A DNA stretch of 64,000 bases from Terriglobia bacterium (lineage in GTDB: Bacteria; Acidobacteriota; Polarisedimenticolia; Polarisedimenticolales; JAIQFR01), in contig CAVVHE010000004.1 in the NCBI GenBank assembly GCA_963748015.1, positions 1,856,001 to 1,920,000 of the forward strand, written 5' to 3'. The notes beneath the pieces were generated by a model. It worked only from the letters and a program-made list of their open reading frames with translations, was not told the origin of the DNA and did not search any database. Made by a program: the position numbers and the translations under genes. Positions 45,749-54,256 of the stretch are shown here, piece after piece (positions within the stretch are counted from its first letter, which is position 1; each line of letters opens with the position of its first letter).

Positions 45749-47455
45749 TCACATCACGTAGTTGCCGCCCTGGTCCTCCGGGTCGCCCGGAGTGCCGTCG
45801 TCCTCCGGCTCGCTCGCGTGGCGCGCCCGCTCGTCCTCGATCGCGCGGAGGATCTCCTCCTCCTCGGGGATCCTCACGTTGTGGATCGCCCCGAGGAGCA
45901 ACAGTCCCTGCCCGACCATCGCCGGATCCTCGTCGAGCCAGTCGCGCAGCGGATCGATGAGCTCCTCGGTGCCGAACAGGCTCACCCACTCCGACGTGCT
46001 CCCGGCCCCGATCTCCTCCATGAACCACCCGAGGTTGGCGGTGACCGCCTCGTAGGCGGAGCGCGTCCCGAGATCGGACAGCAGCACGAGGAGGCTGTGC
46101 GCGGCGTCGGCGTCCGCGCCTCCCGACTCGATCCGGGCCCGCGCCGGTCCGACCACCGCCTCCCCCATCATGGACAGCGCGCGCTCCGCGGCGCCGTACA
46201 CGTAGGAGTTCTCGTCGGACAGGTACTCCATCACCTCGGGAATGAAGTGGACGGCCCGCAACTCGCCCAGCGTCTCGAGGGCCACCACCTTCGGGAAGAA
46301 CGGCCCTTGCGACTCGAGCATCCTGAGGCACCAGTCCTGGGCTTTCCGCGCCTCCTCGTCGCGCTCCCGGCACAACACCGCGATGGCGGGGGGCAGGTCG
46401 GGGAGCACGAACGCGGTCTCGACCTCGGCGAGCGCGAGCAGGCGGTCGAGGTCTCCCCGCGCGCGGCGGAGGGCGAGCGCCATGTTGCGGTAGCGGGCGA
46501 CCGCGAACGCGGCCGAGAGCTGGAAGCCGATGACCCACTGCTGGAACTGGTGGCCGAGGCGCTCCACGTCGTCGAGCATCGCGGTCGTCGTGAACGCCCC
46601 CACCGCCGCGGAGATGCGCTCGGGGAGATCGTCCTCGGGATCGCGGGGGAGCTTCGCGGCGGCGCCGCGGGTCCACTCGGCGATCGACCGGACGATCTCG
46701 CCGAGATCGCCCGCGCGGAACCGCTGCGCGATGTGCTTGATCGTCGCCTCGCCCATCGCCGCGAGGATGTCGCAGTCGTACCCGGACTCCACCGCCTTGA
46801 TGGTCTTCCGCAGCTCGATACGCCCCGACGGGCCGGTCCTGAAGCACCAGCCGGCGTCGTCGATCTCGAGCGCCTCGAGCAGCGTGCGGAACCCCTCCCC
46901 CGCCCGGTGGGCTCCGCGCCACTGGAGCGCGGTGAGGAACCGGCCGAGGACGTCGGGGATCTCGTGCGCCTCGACGACCTCGAGGACGCCGCGGAGCGCC
47001 AGGGGATCCGCGAGCAGCTCGACCTTCTTGGCCACGAACTCGCGAACCAGCTCGCGGGCATCGGGGCTCCCCATCTCGGCGAGCGCATCGACGATGATCC
47101 CCAGGGCCGGATCGGTCATGTCGCCCCGCTGGAGGGCCGACGCGGCCAGATCCACCGTGCTCGGATAGCCGAGCCGGGCGAGCGCCTGGAGGCAGAAGCC
47201 GGGAGTCGCGCCACGCAGCAGGCGGAAGCCGCGAAGGAGGATGTTGTGGTGCTTCGCCGAGCCGTGCTCGCCGAGGTGCCGTGCGACCATCGTCGGCGTC
47301 GCGTCGTGATCGTCGAGCACGAACCCGTGGATCGCGTCGCAGCACTTGTCGGGGTAGTGGCGGATCAGGCGGTCAATGGCCCAGTAGCGGACCTCGGGGT
47401 CCTCCCACTTGGTGTACCGCGCCAATTCCTCGAACGACCAGATCAGGTCCGCCAT
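45749..47455 (-). CDS. HEAT-repeat-like hypothetical protein
   Basis: From MADLIWSFEEL; helical repeats (DPEVRYWAI, ALETLGEL, YLSDENSYVYGAAERAL), acidic tail. Confidence 0.7.
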   Translation of the reverse strand: MADLIWSFEELARYTKWEDPEVRYWAIDRLIRHYPDKCCDAIHGFVLDDHDATPTMVARHLGEHGSAKHHNILLRGFRLLRGATPGFCLQALARLGYPSTVDLAASALQRGDMTDPALGIIVDALAEMGSPDARELVREFVAKKVELLADPLALRGVLEVVEAHEIPDVLGRFLTALQWRGAHRAGEGFRTLLEALEIDDAGWCFRTGPSGRIELRKTIKAVESGYDCDILAAMGEATIKHIAQRFRAGDLGEIVRSIAEWTRGAAAKLPRDPEDDLPERISAAVGAFTTTAMLDDVERLGHQFQQWVIGFQLSAAFAVARYRNMALALRRARGDLDRLLALAEVETAFVLPDLPPAIAVLCRERDEEARKAQDWCLRMLESQGPFFPKVVALETLGELRAVHFIPEVMEYLSDENSYVYGAAERALSMMGEAVVGPARARIESGGADADAAHSLLVLLSDLGTRSAYEAVTANLGWFMEEIGAGSTSEWVSLFGTEELIDPLRDWLDEDPAMVGQGLLLLGAIHNVRIPEEEEILRAIEDERARHASEPEDDGTPGDPEDQGGNYVM

Positions 47456-47560
47456 GTGGTCCCGCTCTCCCGCCGCGCGCACGTCCGCGGCGCCTCTCAT
47501 TCTAGCATCCGGCAGGCCGCGCCCCGGAACGACCCGGGTTGAGGATAAGATGGGCGGCCC

Positions 47561-49834
47561 ATGCGCTGGATCTTCTCTGCCGCACTCCTGCTGAGCGCCG
47601 CGCTGCTGTTCACCCTTCAGCCGATGGTGGCGAAGATGCTCCTGCCGGTCCTCGGCGGGACCCCCGCGGTGTGGAACACCTGCATGGTGTTCTTCCAGGT
47701 GGGTCTGCTGGTGGGGTACGCGTACGCGCATCTCCTCTGCGGCCGGCTCCGCATCCGGGCCCAGGTGGCGCTTCACGCCGCGCTCGTGCTCCTCTCCCTC
47801 GCCGCCTTGCCGGTGGCGGTGAGCGGCCGCGGCGCCCCGCCGGTGGACGCGAACCCGATCCCGTGGGTCCTCGTCACGCTCGCCGTCGCGTGCGGCCTCC
47901 CGTTCGTCGTGGTGGCCGCGACCTCGCCGCTTCTCCAGCGCTGGTTCGCGACGACGGGATCGGCCGGGTCGCGCGATCCCTACTTCCTGTACGCGGCGAG
48001 CAACCTCGGAAGCCTCGGAGGCCTTCTCGCCTACCCGGTGCTCCTCGAGCCCGCGCTGCCGCTCGCGTCTTCCGCCTCGGGCGGGATGTCGCAGAGCCGG
48101 CTGTGGACGATCGGGTACGCCGCGTTCGCGGTGGCGGTCATCGGCTGCGGCGCCCTCGCCCTGTTTCGCCGCGGGCGCGGCGCCGGCGCGGCCGAGGCGC
48201 CGGCGGCCGACCCGGCCCCCACCCCCCGGCAGGTCGCGCGATGGATGCTCCTCGCCTTCGTGCCGTCGAGCCTCCTCCTCGGCGCGACCCAGTTCATCAC
48301 CGCCGAGGTGGCGGCGATCCCGCTCCTGTGGGCCGTCCCGCTGGCCCTCTACCTCCTCACTTTCGTCGCCGCCTTCGGCGGAAGCGACCGCATTCCCGTC
48401 GCCTGGGTGTCGTGGATCTTCGCGGCCCTCGCGACGGCCGCCGCCGCGCTCGCGGCCTTCGGTCCCGACGAGCTCCCGTGGAGCCTGACGCTCGCGGTAC
48501 ACCTCCTGCTGCTCACCGCCGCGGCGCTGATGTGCCACCTGATCCTGGCGCGGCTTCGCCCGGCCGCCGGGCGGCTCACCGGCTTCTACCTCGCCATCGC
48601 CGCGGGCGGCGCCCTCGGTGGCGTTTTCAACGCGCTCGTGGCGCCGGTGCTTTTCCGCGACATCCTCGAGTACCCGCTGATGCTCCTCGTCGCCTGCGCG
48701 CTGCGGCCGGCGCTCGGTGCGGCCGCGGGCTCCCGCCCCGGCTGGCCGCGGCGCGCGCTCGACGCGGCGGTGCCCTTTGCGCTCGCCGCGTACCTCTTGC
48801 TCGCCGCCCGGTTCGCCCCGCGCCACCCGGCTCCCCGGGAGACTCTCGCGCTGCTGCTGGGGATCGGCCTCCCGGCGGCGATCGTGCTGGCGACGGCGGG
48901 ACGGCGGGTGCGCTTCGCGCTGTCGTTCGCCGTGCTCTTGGGGTTCTTCTGGATCTGGCACCGGGAGGGGTCGGTCCTCCGCCGGGAGCGGAGCTTCTTC
49001 GCGGTGCACCGGGCCGCCGCTTACACGGGAACGCCTTTCAAGTTCGACGACGCGAGCGGCCTCACGGTCCGCCTGACGTTCCACGGCCTCCAACACGGCT
49101 CGACTCGCCACGGCGTGCAGGCCGTCGAGGGGATCTACAGGAAGGCGCCGACGACCTACTACCACCGCACCGGCCCGATCGGACAGGTCTTCGCGGCCTG
49201 GGGACACTCCCCGCTCCTCGACGAAGTGGGCGTGGTCGGCCTCGGCTGCGGGACGCTCGCCGCGTACGGCTCGCCGCGGCGAAGATTCACGATGCACGAG
49301 ATCGATCCCGCCGTGGTCCGCATCGCGACCGACCCGGCGGTGTTCACCTATCTCGAGGACACCTCCTCGCCGTGGAGCGTCGTCCTGGGCGACGGCCGCC
49401 GGACGATCGAACAGGTCCCCGACGGCACGTACGGCCTCCTGGTGCTCGACGCGTTCACGTCCGACGCGGTGCCGGTGCACCTCCTGACCCGCGAGGCGAT
49501 GGCCACCTACGTGAGGAAGCTCCGTCCCGGCGGCCTCGTGGCGCTCAACCTCACGAACGGCTACCTCGATCTCGAGAAGGTCGTCGGCGCGGTCGCCTCG
49601 GACCTCGGCCTCGCCGCGCTGCTCGAGGTGGACGACGACGTGGACGCCAGGGCCGAGGGCGAGGGGAAGGACCCCTCCGTCTGGGCGATCGTCGCCCGCT
49701 CGAGGGCCGACCTCGAGCCGCTCGCGAGAGACCCGCGCTGGAAGCCGCTCACCGGCGACGGAGCGCCGCCGCCCCTCCCGAGCGCGCTCTGGACCGACCA
49801 GTACTCGAACCTCTTCTCGGTCCTGTCTCCCTGA
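47561..49834 (+). CDS. fused membrane domain / spermidine synthase-like SAM-dependent transferase
   Basis: LGGTPAVWNTC..FFQ, PYFLYAASN.GS, HGSTRHG.Q, VGLGCG, EIDP, GDGR, LDAFTSD..P.HL, WTDQYSN. Confidence 0.88.
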   Translation: MRWIFSAALLLSAALLFTLQPMVAKMLLPVLGGTPAVWNTCMVFFQVGLLVGYAYAHLLCGRLRIRAQVALHAALVLLSLAALPVAVSGRGAPPVDANPIPWVLVTLAVACGLPFVVVAATSPLLQRWFATTGSAGSRDPYFLYAASNLGSLGGLLAYPVLLEPALPLASSASGGMSQSRLWTIGYAAFAVAVIGCGALALFRRGRGAGAAEAPAADPAPTPRQVARWMLLAFVPSSLLLGATQFITAEVAAIPLLWAVPLALYLLTFVAAFGGSDRIPVAWVSWIFAALATAAAALAAFGPDELPWSLTLAVHLLLLTAAALMCHLILARLRPAAGRLTGFYLAIAAGGALGGVFNALVAPVLFRDILEYPLMLLVACALRPALGAAAGSRPGWPRRALDAAVPFALAAYLLLAARFAPRHPAPRETLALLLGIGLPAAIVLATAGRRVRFALSFAVLLGFFWIWHREGSVLRRERSFFAVHRAAAYTGTPFKFDDASGLTVRLTFHGLQHGSTRHGVQAVEGIYRKAPTTYYHRTGPIGQVFAAWGHSPLLDEVGVVGLGCGTLAAYGSPRRRFTMHEIDPAVVRIATDPAVFTYLEDTSSPWSVVLGDGRRTIEQVPDGTYGLLVLDAFTSDAVPVHLLTREAMATYVRKLRPGGLVALNLTNGYLDLEKVVGAVASDLGLAALLEVDDDVDARAEGEGKDPSVWAIVARSRADLEPLARDPRWKPLTGDGAPPPLPSALWTDQYSNLFSVLSP

Positions 49835-49851
49835 AGCGCGAACCGTTGCCG

Positions 49852-49942
49852 CTCGTCTCGCCCTATCTCGGCCGAGCGTGTCCGTAGACACCCCTTTTCT
49901 GGGGTGGCGAGGACACGCTCGGCCGAGATAGGGCGAGACGAG
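49852..49942. repeat. perfect 32-bp inverted repeat with a small internal hairpin
   Basis: 49852-49883 is the exact reverse complement of 49911-49942; spacer GTAGA-CACCCC-TTTTCT-GGGGTG-GCGA. Confidence 0.9.
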
Positions 49943-50129
49943 GACCGGACCGGTTTTTGGAAAGCGGACCGAGAAAGTCCTCTTGCGAGGTGGGTGAAGC
50001 GGCGCAGTCGAGGGGGTGGCGCGCGGGCTTACGCGCACCGTCCTCGCGCCCGGATAATCTGGACCGTTTCTGTCTGTGTTCTCGGGAGAAGCGCTCACTG
50101 GAATGGCGCGCGGAAGCGGCCGCGCCGCC

Positions 50130-50158
50130 TTTACTCTCCCCTCGCCTGTTGCTATGGT
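50130..50158 (+). promoter_or_regulatory. sigma70 promoter (extended -10) for the oxidoreductase operon
   Basis: TTTACT-17 nt-TATGGT with TG two bases before the -10. Confidence 0.55.
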
Positions 50159-50237
50159 ACCCAGTCACGACGCACGCGGTCTCGCGCCCGAAAGATGGTC
50201 CGCTGCCCGGCCGGGGTCTTGCAGAGGAGAGCGAGGC

Positions 50238-50768
50238 ATGGAAGCGGAGAGCCACCCGTACCGTTACGAGATGGTGGACGCACGGCCCGGCTACATCGTG
50301 GTCGAGCACGAGCTCAAGAGCAAGGCGATGCGCGCGTACTTCTCCCCCGACCCCGTGGCCCCGGTCGAGGGTTACCGCGAGGGCAACCGGATCTGGCAGC
50401 ACACCGCCACGGCCCAGTCGCTGCGCTTCTCCATCCGGGACACGGAGACGGGCGAATCGATCCCGTTCGACGAGCTTCTCGGCCTCGCGTTCTACGGGAG
50501 CTGCCCCAAGGGCAGCGAGGTCTGGGAGATCGGCGATCTCGCCCAGGAGAACAAGGTCTCGATCTACGTGGCGGTGACCGGGGAGACCGCCGACGGCAAG
50601 CCGGCTCCGCTGGCGACGGAGAAGCTCCGGGTGCTGAACCGTTACTTCAACGAGCGCCTGAGGAGCAAGGAAAAGAAGATCCTGATCCTCCCGGACCGCT
50701 TCGGCCTGTACCGGGAGTTCTCCCACGGGCACATCATGGTGGATCTCGGCCTCACGGCGATGGAATAG
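50238..50768 (+). CDS. hypothetical protein, first gene of the operon
   Basis: MEAESHPYRYEM.., SD GAGG, coding-like composition, no family recognised. Confidence 0.7.
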   Translation: MEAESHPYRYEMVDARPGYIVVEHELKSKAMRAYFSPDPVAPVEGYREGNRIWQHTATAQSLRFSIRDTETGESIPFDELLGLAFYGSCPKGSEVWEIGDLAQENKVSIYVAVTGETADGKPAPLATEKLRVLNRYFNERLRSKEKKILILPDRFGLYREFSHGHIMVDLGLTAME

Positions 50769-50803
50769 CCGCGTGGCCGGGAAGTGAAAAGGAGAGCGCG
50801 ACG

Positions 50804-51133
50804 ATGACGATCAAGGAGCTTGCCGAGAAGCTTCGGCTCAATCCGCTCAACGCCCTGGCCGACCGGACAGTGACCGGGGTGTACATCTCGGACATGGTCA
50901 GCGACGTGATCGCGAACGCGAAGCCGGGCAACGTGCTCGTCACCGTCCAGGTCCACAACAACGTCATCGCCGCGGCGAACCTGGTGGACGTGTCCGGGAT
51001 CATCCTGACCCGAGGACGGAAGCCGGCGGAAGACATGCTCGCCCTCGCCGAGAAGGCCGGCATCCCCGTCCTCGTCACGGATCTGAACAGCTGGCAGGTG
51101 GCCAGCATGATGTTCGAGGCAGGGCTTCGCTGA
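50804..51133 (+). CDS. DRTGG domain protein
   Basis: MTIKELAEKL..VTGVYISDMVSDVIA..VLVT...NVIAAA..GIILTRG; SD AAGGAG. Confidence 0.85.
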   Translation: MTIKELAEKLRLNPLNALADRTVTGVYISDMVSDVIANAKPGNVLVTVQVHNNVIAAANLVDVSGIILTRGRKPAEDMLALAEKAGIPVLVTDLNSWQVASMMFEAGLR

Positions 51134-51140
51134 AAAGCGG

Positions 51141-51524
51141 ATGACGCCCAAGCGCGCCACCGATGCCGCGGGATTGCGGCTCGCGGAGATCCGGGACCTG
51201 CTGGATTGCGAGGTCATCTGCGGAGAACATCGGCTCGACCTGGTGGTGACCGAGTGCTTCGCGGCCGACCTGATGAGCGACGTGCTGGCCTTCTCGAAGG
51301 CCCATGTCCTCCTGATCACGGGCCTCGCCGGAATCCAGTCGGTCCACACGGCGGACGTCGCGGAGCTGGCCGGGATCCTCTTCGTGCACCACAAGCATCC
51401 CTCGCAGCAGGTTCTCGACCTGGCCCGTGAAAGGAACCTTCCGGTGCTCTCGACACCCCACCACATGTTCGACGCTTGCGCGGCGCTGGCCGCGAAAGGG
51501 CTCCGCAGCGGCTCCAAGGGCTAG
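51141..51524 (+). CDS. DRTGG domain protein
   Basis: FAADLMSDVLAF..LLITGL..SVHTA..LSTPHHMFDAC. Confidence 0.85.
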   Translation: MTPKRATDAAGLRLAEIRDLLDCEVICGEHRLDLVVTECFAADLMSDVLAFSKAHVLLITGLAGIQSVHTADVAELAGILFVHHKHPSQQVLDLARERNLPVLSTPHHMFDACAALAAKGLRSGSKG

Positions 51525-51557
51525 GAGCCCGTCCGAGGGCGGGAACGGCGTTTGCAA

Positions 51558-52004
51558 ATGGTCACATCCGAAGCATCGGGAGAGGTCCTCTACCGCGAGT
51601 CCTTCCGGATCGCCGGGAACGACTACGAGCACGGGGGGGACGTCGCGACGAGGGTGAAGAGCATCCTGAAGGAGCTCGGGATCGACTCGGCCCTCGTGAG
51701 GCGGCTGAGCATCGCGAACTTCGAGGCGGAGATGAACATCGTCATGTATGCCGAGGAAGCGACGCTCGACCTCATCGTGGCCCGGGACGAGGTCCGGGTG
51801 ACCATCACCGACCGCGGCCCCGGGATCCCCGACATCGAGCAGGCGATGCAGGAAGGCTATTCCACGGCCACCGCCGAGATGCGCGCGCGGGGGTTCGGCG
51901 CCGGGATGGGGTTGCCGAACATCCGGAGAAACGCAGACCGGTTCGAGATCGAGTCGGTCCCGGGAACCGGGACGACGCTCAGGTACGCCGTTCGTCTCGG
52001 GTGA
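51558..52004 (+). CDS. anti-sigma-factor-type Ser/Thr kinase (RsbT/SpoIIAB HATPase_c)
   Basis: EAEMNIV, DRGPGI, EGYSTA, GFGAGMGLPN, GTGT. Confidence 0.88.
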   Translation: MVTSEASGEVLYRESFRIAGNDYEHGGDVATRVKSILKELGIDSALVRRLSIANFEAEMNIVMYAEEATLDLIVARDEVRVTITDRGPGIPDIEQAMQEGYSTATAEMRARGFGAGMGLPNIRRNADRFEIESVPGTGTTLRYAVRLG

Positions 52005-52015
52005 GCGGAGAGTCC

Positions 52016-53371
52016 GTGAACGAGGAAACCGTCCACTCCGTCGAGTTCGACCGCGACCGCTGCGTCGCCTGCGTGGCGTGCTGCAAGGCGTGCCCCACCC
52101 AGGCCATCCGGGTCCGGGAGAAGCAGGTCGTCGTGGACGGAGAGCGCTGCATCGATTGCGGCGAGTGCATCCGCGCCTGTCCGTACGACGCCGTCAGCGC
52201 CCGGACCTCGTCCCCCTCGGACCTGAAGAAGTACAAGTACACCGTCGCGATCCCCTCGACGACCCTCTTCTCGCAGTTCGGCGGGGACGTCGAGCCGGCG
52301 CGGATCATTCGCGCTCTCGACCGGCTGGGCTTCGACCGCTGCCACGACCTCTCGTGGATGTGCGAGATGGTCGGACGCGCGGTGGACACGTATCTCGCGG
52401 AGTGCGGCGAGCCGTGGCCGAAGATCTCCGTCACCTGTCCCGCGGTCATCCGGCTGATCCAGCTCCGCTACCCCGACCTGGTCCCGCACCTGATCCCGTT
52501 CGAGGTGCCGCGGGAGCTGGCGGCGAAGCTGGTGCGGCGGCGGCTCTCCCAGGAGCTGGGGCTGCCCGCGAGCGACATCGGGATCTTCTACCTCACCCCG
52601 TGCTCCGCGATCATGCACTCGATCCTGTGGCCGGTCGGCCTCGAGGAATCCTACCTCGACGGCGCCTTCTCGATCTCGGAGATCTACGGGCCGCTGCGGA
52701 AGGCGATCGACGAGACGAAAGACGTCCCCGCGACGCCGGGCCTCAGTCCGCGGGGGCTGCAGTGGGCCGTCGCCGGCGGCGAGACCTCGATGATGCGCAG
52801 CGGGAACACGCTGGCGCTCTCCGGGGTGCAGGACGTCACCTACGTCTTCGACCGGATCGAGTCGGGGAAGTTCCGGAGCGTGGACTTCATCGAGGCCTAC
52901 ATCTGCCCCGACGGCTGCGTGTCGGGACCGCTCCTGGTCGAGGGACGCTACGCCGCGAAGCGGGCGATCCGGGAGGTCGCCTCCCGCCTCGGGTCGCGGG
53001 GAGCCGTCAAGGAGGAGAAGGTCCGCTCGCTGGTGCGGGAGCACTTCTTCGACATCGAGGAGCAGGTCCGGGCGCGGCCGGTGAAGGCGCCGGCGCGGGA
53101 CCTCCGCGAGGCGGTGCGCCTCAAGCAGGAGAAGGACAGGCTGCTGGCGTCGTTCCCGAAGATGGACTGCGCGGCCTGCGGCGCCCCGACCTGCGAGGCC
53201 TTGGCGGAGGACGTCCTTCGCGGCTCCGCCACGACCGACGATTGCGTTTTCGTCCGGCTCGAGCGTCTCGCCTCGCCCCCCGCCGCGCGGGAGGAGGGGG
53301 CTTCCGCCCGGCCCGACTCGAAGGATGAGGGTGGCCGCGCGAGGCGGCCGCGCCCGGGGGAGGAATCATGA
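52016..53371 (+). CDS. [FeFe]-hydrogenase-like (H-cluster domain) putative sensor with 2x[4Fe-4S] ferredoxin and C-terminal FeS domain
   Basis: CVACVACCKACP, CIDCGECIRACP, ISVTCP, TPCSA, EAYICPDGCVSG, DCAACGAPTC..C; alternative start GTG 52001. Confidence 0.85.
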   Translation: MNEETVHSVEFDRDRCVACVACCKACPTQAIRVREKQVVVDGERCIDCGECIRACPYDAVSARTSSPSDLKKYKYTVAIPSTTLFSQFGGDVEPARIIRALDRLGFDRCHDLSWMCEMVGRAVDTYLAECGEPWPKISVTCPAVIRLIQLRYPDLVPHLIPFEVPRELAAKLVRRRLSQELGLPASDIGIFYLTPCSAIMHSILWPVGLEESYLDGAFSISEIYGPLRKAIDETKDVPATPGLSPRGLQWAVAGGETSMMRSGNTLALSGVQDVTYVFDRIESGKFRSVDFIEAYICPDGCVSGPLLVEGRYAAKRAIREVASRLGSRGAVKEEKVRSLVREHFFDIEEQVRARPVKAPARDLREAVRLKQEKDRLLASFPKMDCAACGAPTCEALAEDVLRGSATTDDCVFVRLERLASPPAAREEGASARPDSKDEGGRARRPRPGEES

Positions 53372-53769
53372 GTCAGGAAATGCTGGTGCTGGAGGTGAGC
53401 TGCCCGAACTGCGGCGACGTGCTGACGGAAGGCCATCGCGTGCACCTCGCCGGCTACATCAAGGAGACCAACGACGACGGGGACATCTTCCTGAGCGCGA
53501 TCTTCGGCGAGTACTCGATCGAGACCGACATCAAGATCCCCGAGAACGGCATCGTCGAGTTCCGTTGTCCGACCTGCGACATGGGACTCATGCTGAACAC
53601 GCCTTGCCGACTCTGCGGCGCCCCGATGGCGTCTCTCAACCTCAAGACCGGCGGGTACCTCGAGTTCTGCTCGCGCCGCGGCTGCCGGGGGCACGCACTC
53701 GGCGGCTTCGGCGACGTGGACGAGATGATCAGCCTGGTCAACCGCATGTTCAACACCCCCCACGATTGA
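53368..53769 (+). CDS. Cys-rich (zinc-ribbon-like) hypothetical protein
   Basis: CPNC, CPTC, CRLC, CSRRGC.GH; ATGA overlap with the upstream gene. Confidence 0.75.
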   Translation: MSQEMLVLEVSCPNCGDVLTEGHRVHLAGYIKETNDDGDIFLSAIFGEYSIETDIKIPENGIVEFRCPTCDMGLMLNTPCRLCGAPMASLNLKTGGYLEFCSRRGCRGHALGGFGDVDEMISLVNRMFNTPHD

Positions 53770-53785
53770 GCGGGAGCGAGTTCTC

Positions 53786-54256
53786 ATGGACGCGACGAGA
53801 CGCTACGATTTCCGGCACATGCACTACCGCGGCGAGGAGGGAAGGCTGATCCCCCTCCTCCAGAAGGCGCAGGCGGAGGACGGCTACCTGACGAAGGACC
53901 GCCTCGCCAGCATCGGCGACGAGACGGGGATCCCGCTGACGCAGATCTACGGCGTGGCGACGTTCTACGCGCAATTCCGGTTCAAGCCGATCGGGAAGCA
54001 CCTCCTCCGGGTCTGCCACGGAACCGCCTGCCACGTCGCCGGGGCGAAGGATCTCACCGAGGAGATCGAGGCGCACCTCAAGATCAAGAACGGCGAGACG
54101 ACCCCGGACAACCAGTTCACGATGGAGACCGTCTCGTGCCTCGGCTGCTGCAGCTTGGCGCCCGTGATCATGGTCGGCGACACGACGCACGGGAACCTCG
54201 CGCCGGGCACCGTGAAGAAGGTCCTCAAGAAGTACCAGAGCGGAGAGAAGAAATGA
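53786..54256 (+). CDS. NuoE/HydC/StnA-like [2Fe-2S] subunit
   Basis: YGVATFY, CHGTACH, CLGCCSLAP. Confidence 0.93.
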   Translation: MDATRRYDFRHMHYRGEEGRLIPLLQKAQAEDGYLTKDRLASIGDETGIPLTQIYGVATFYAQFRFKPIGKHLLRVCHGTACHVAGAKDLTEEIEAHLKIKNGETTPDNQFTMETVSCLGCCSLAPVIMVGDTTHGNLAPGTVKKVLKKYQSGEKK

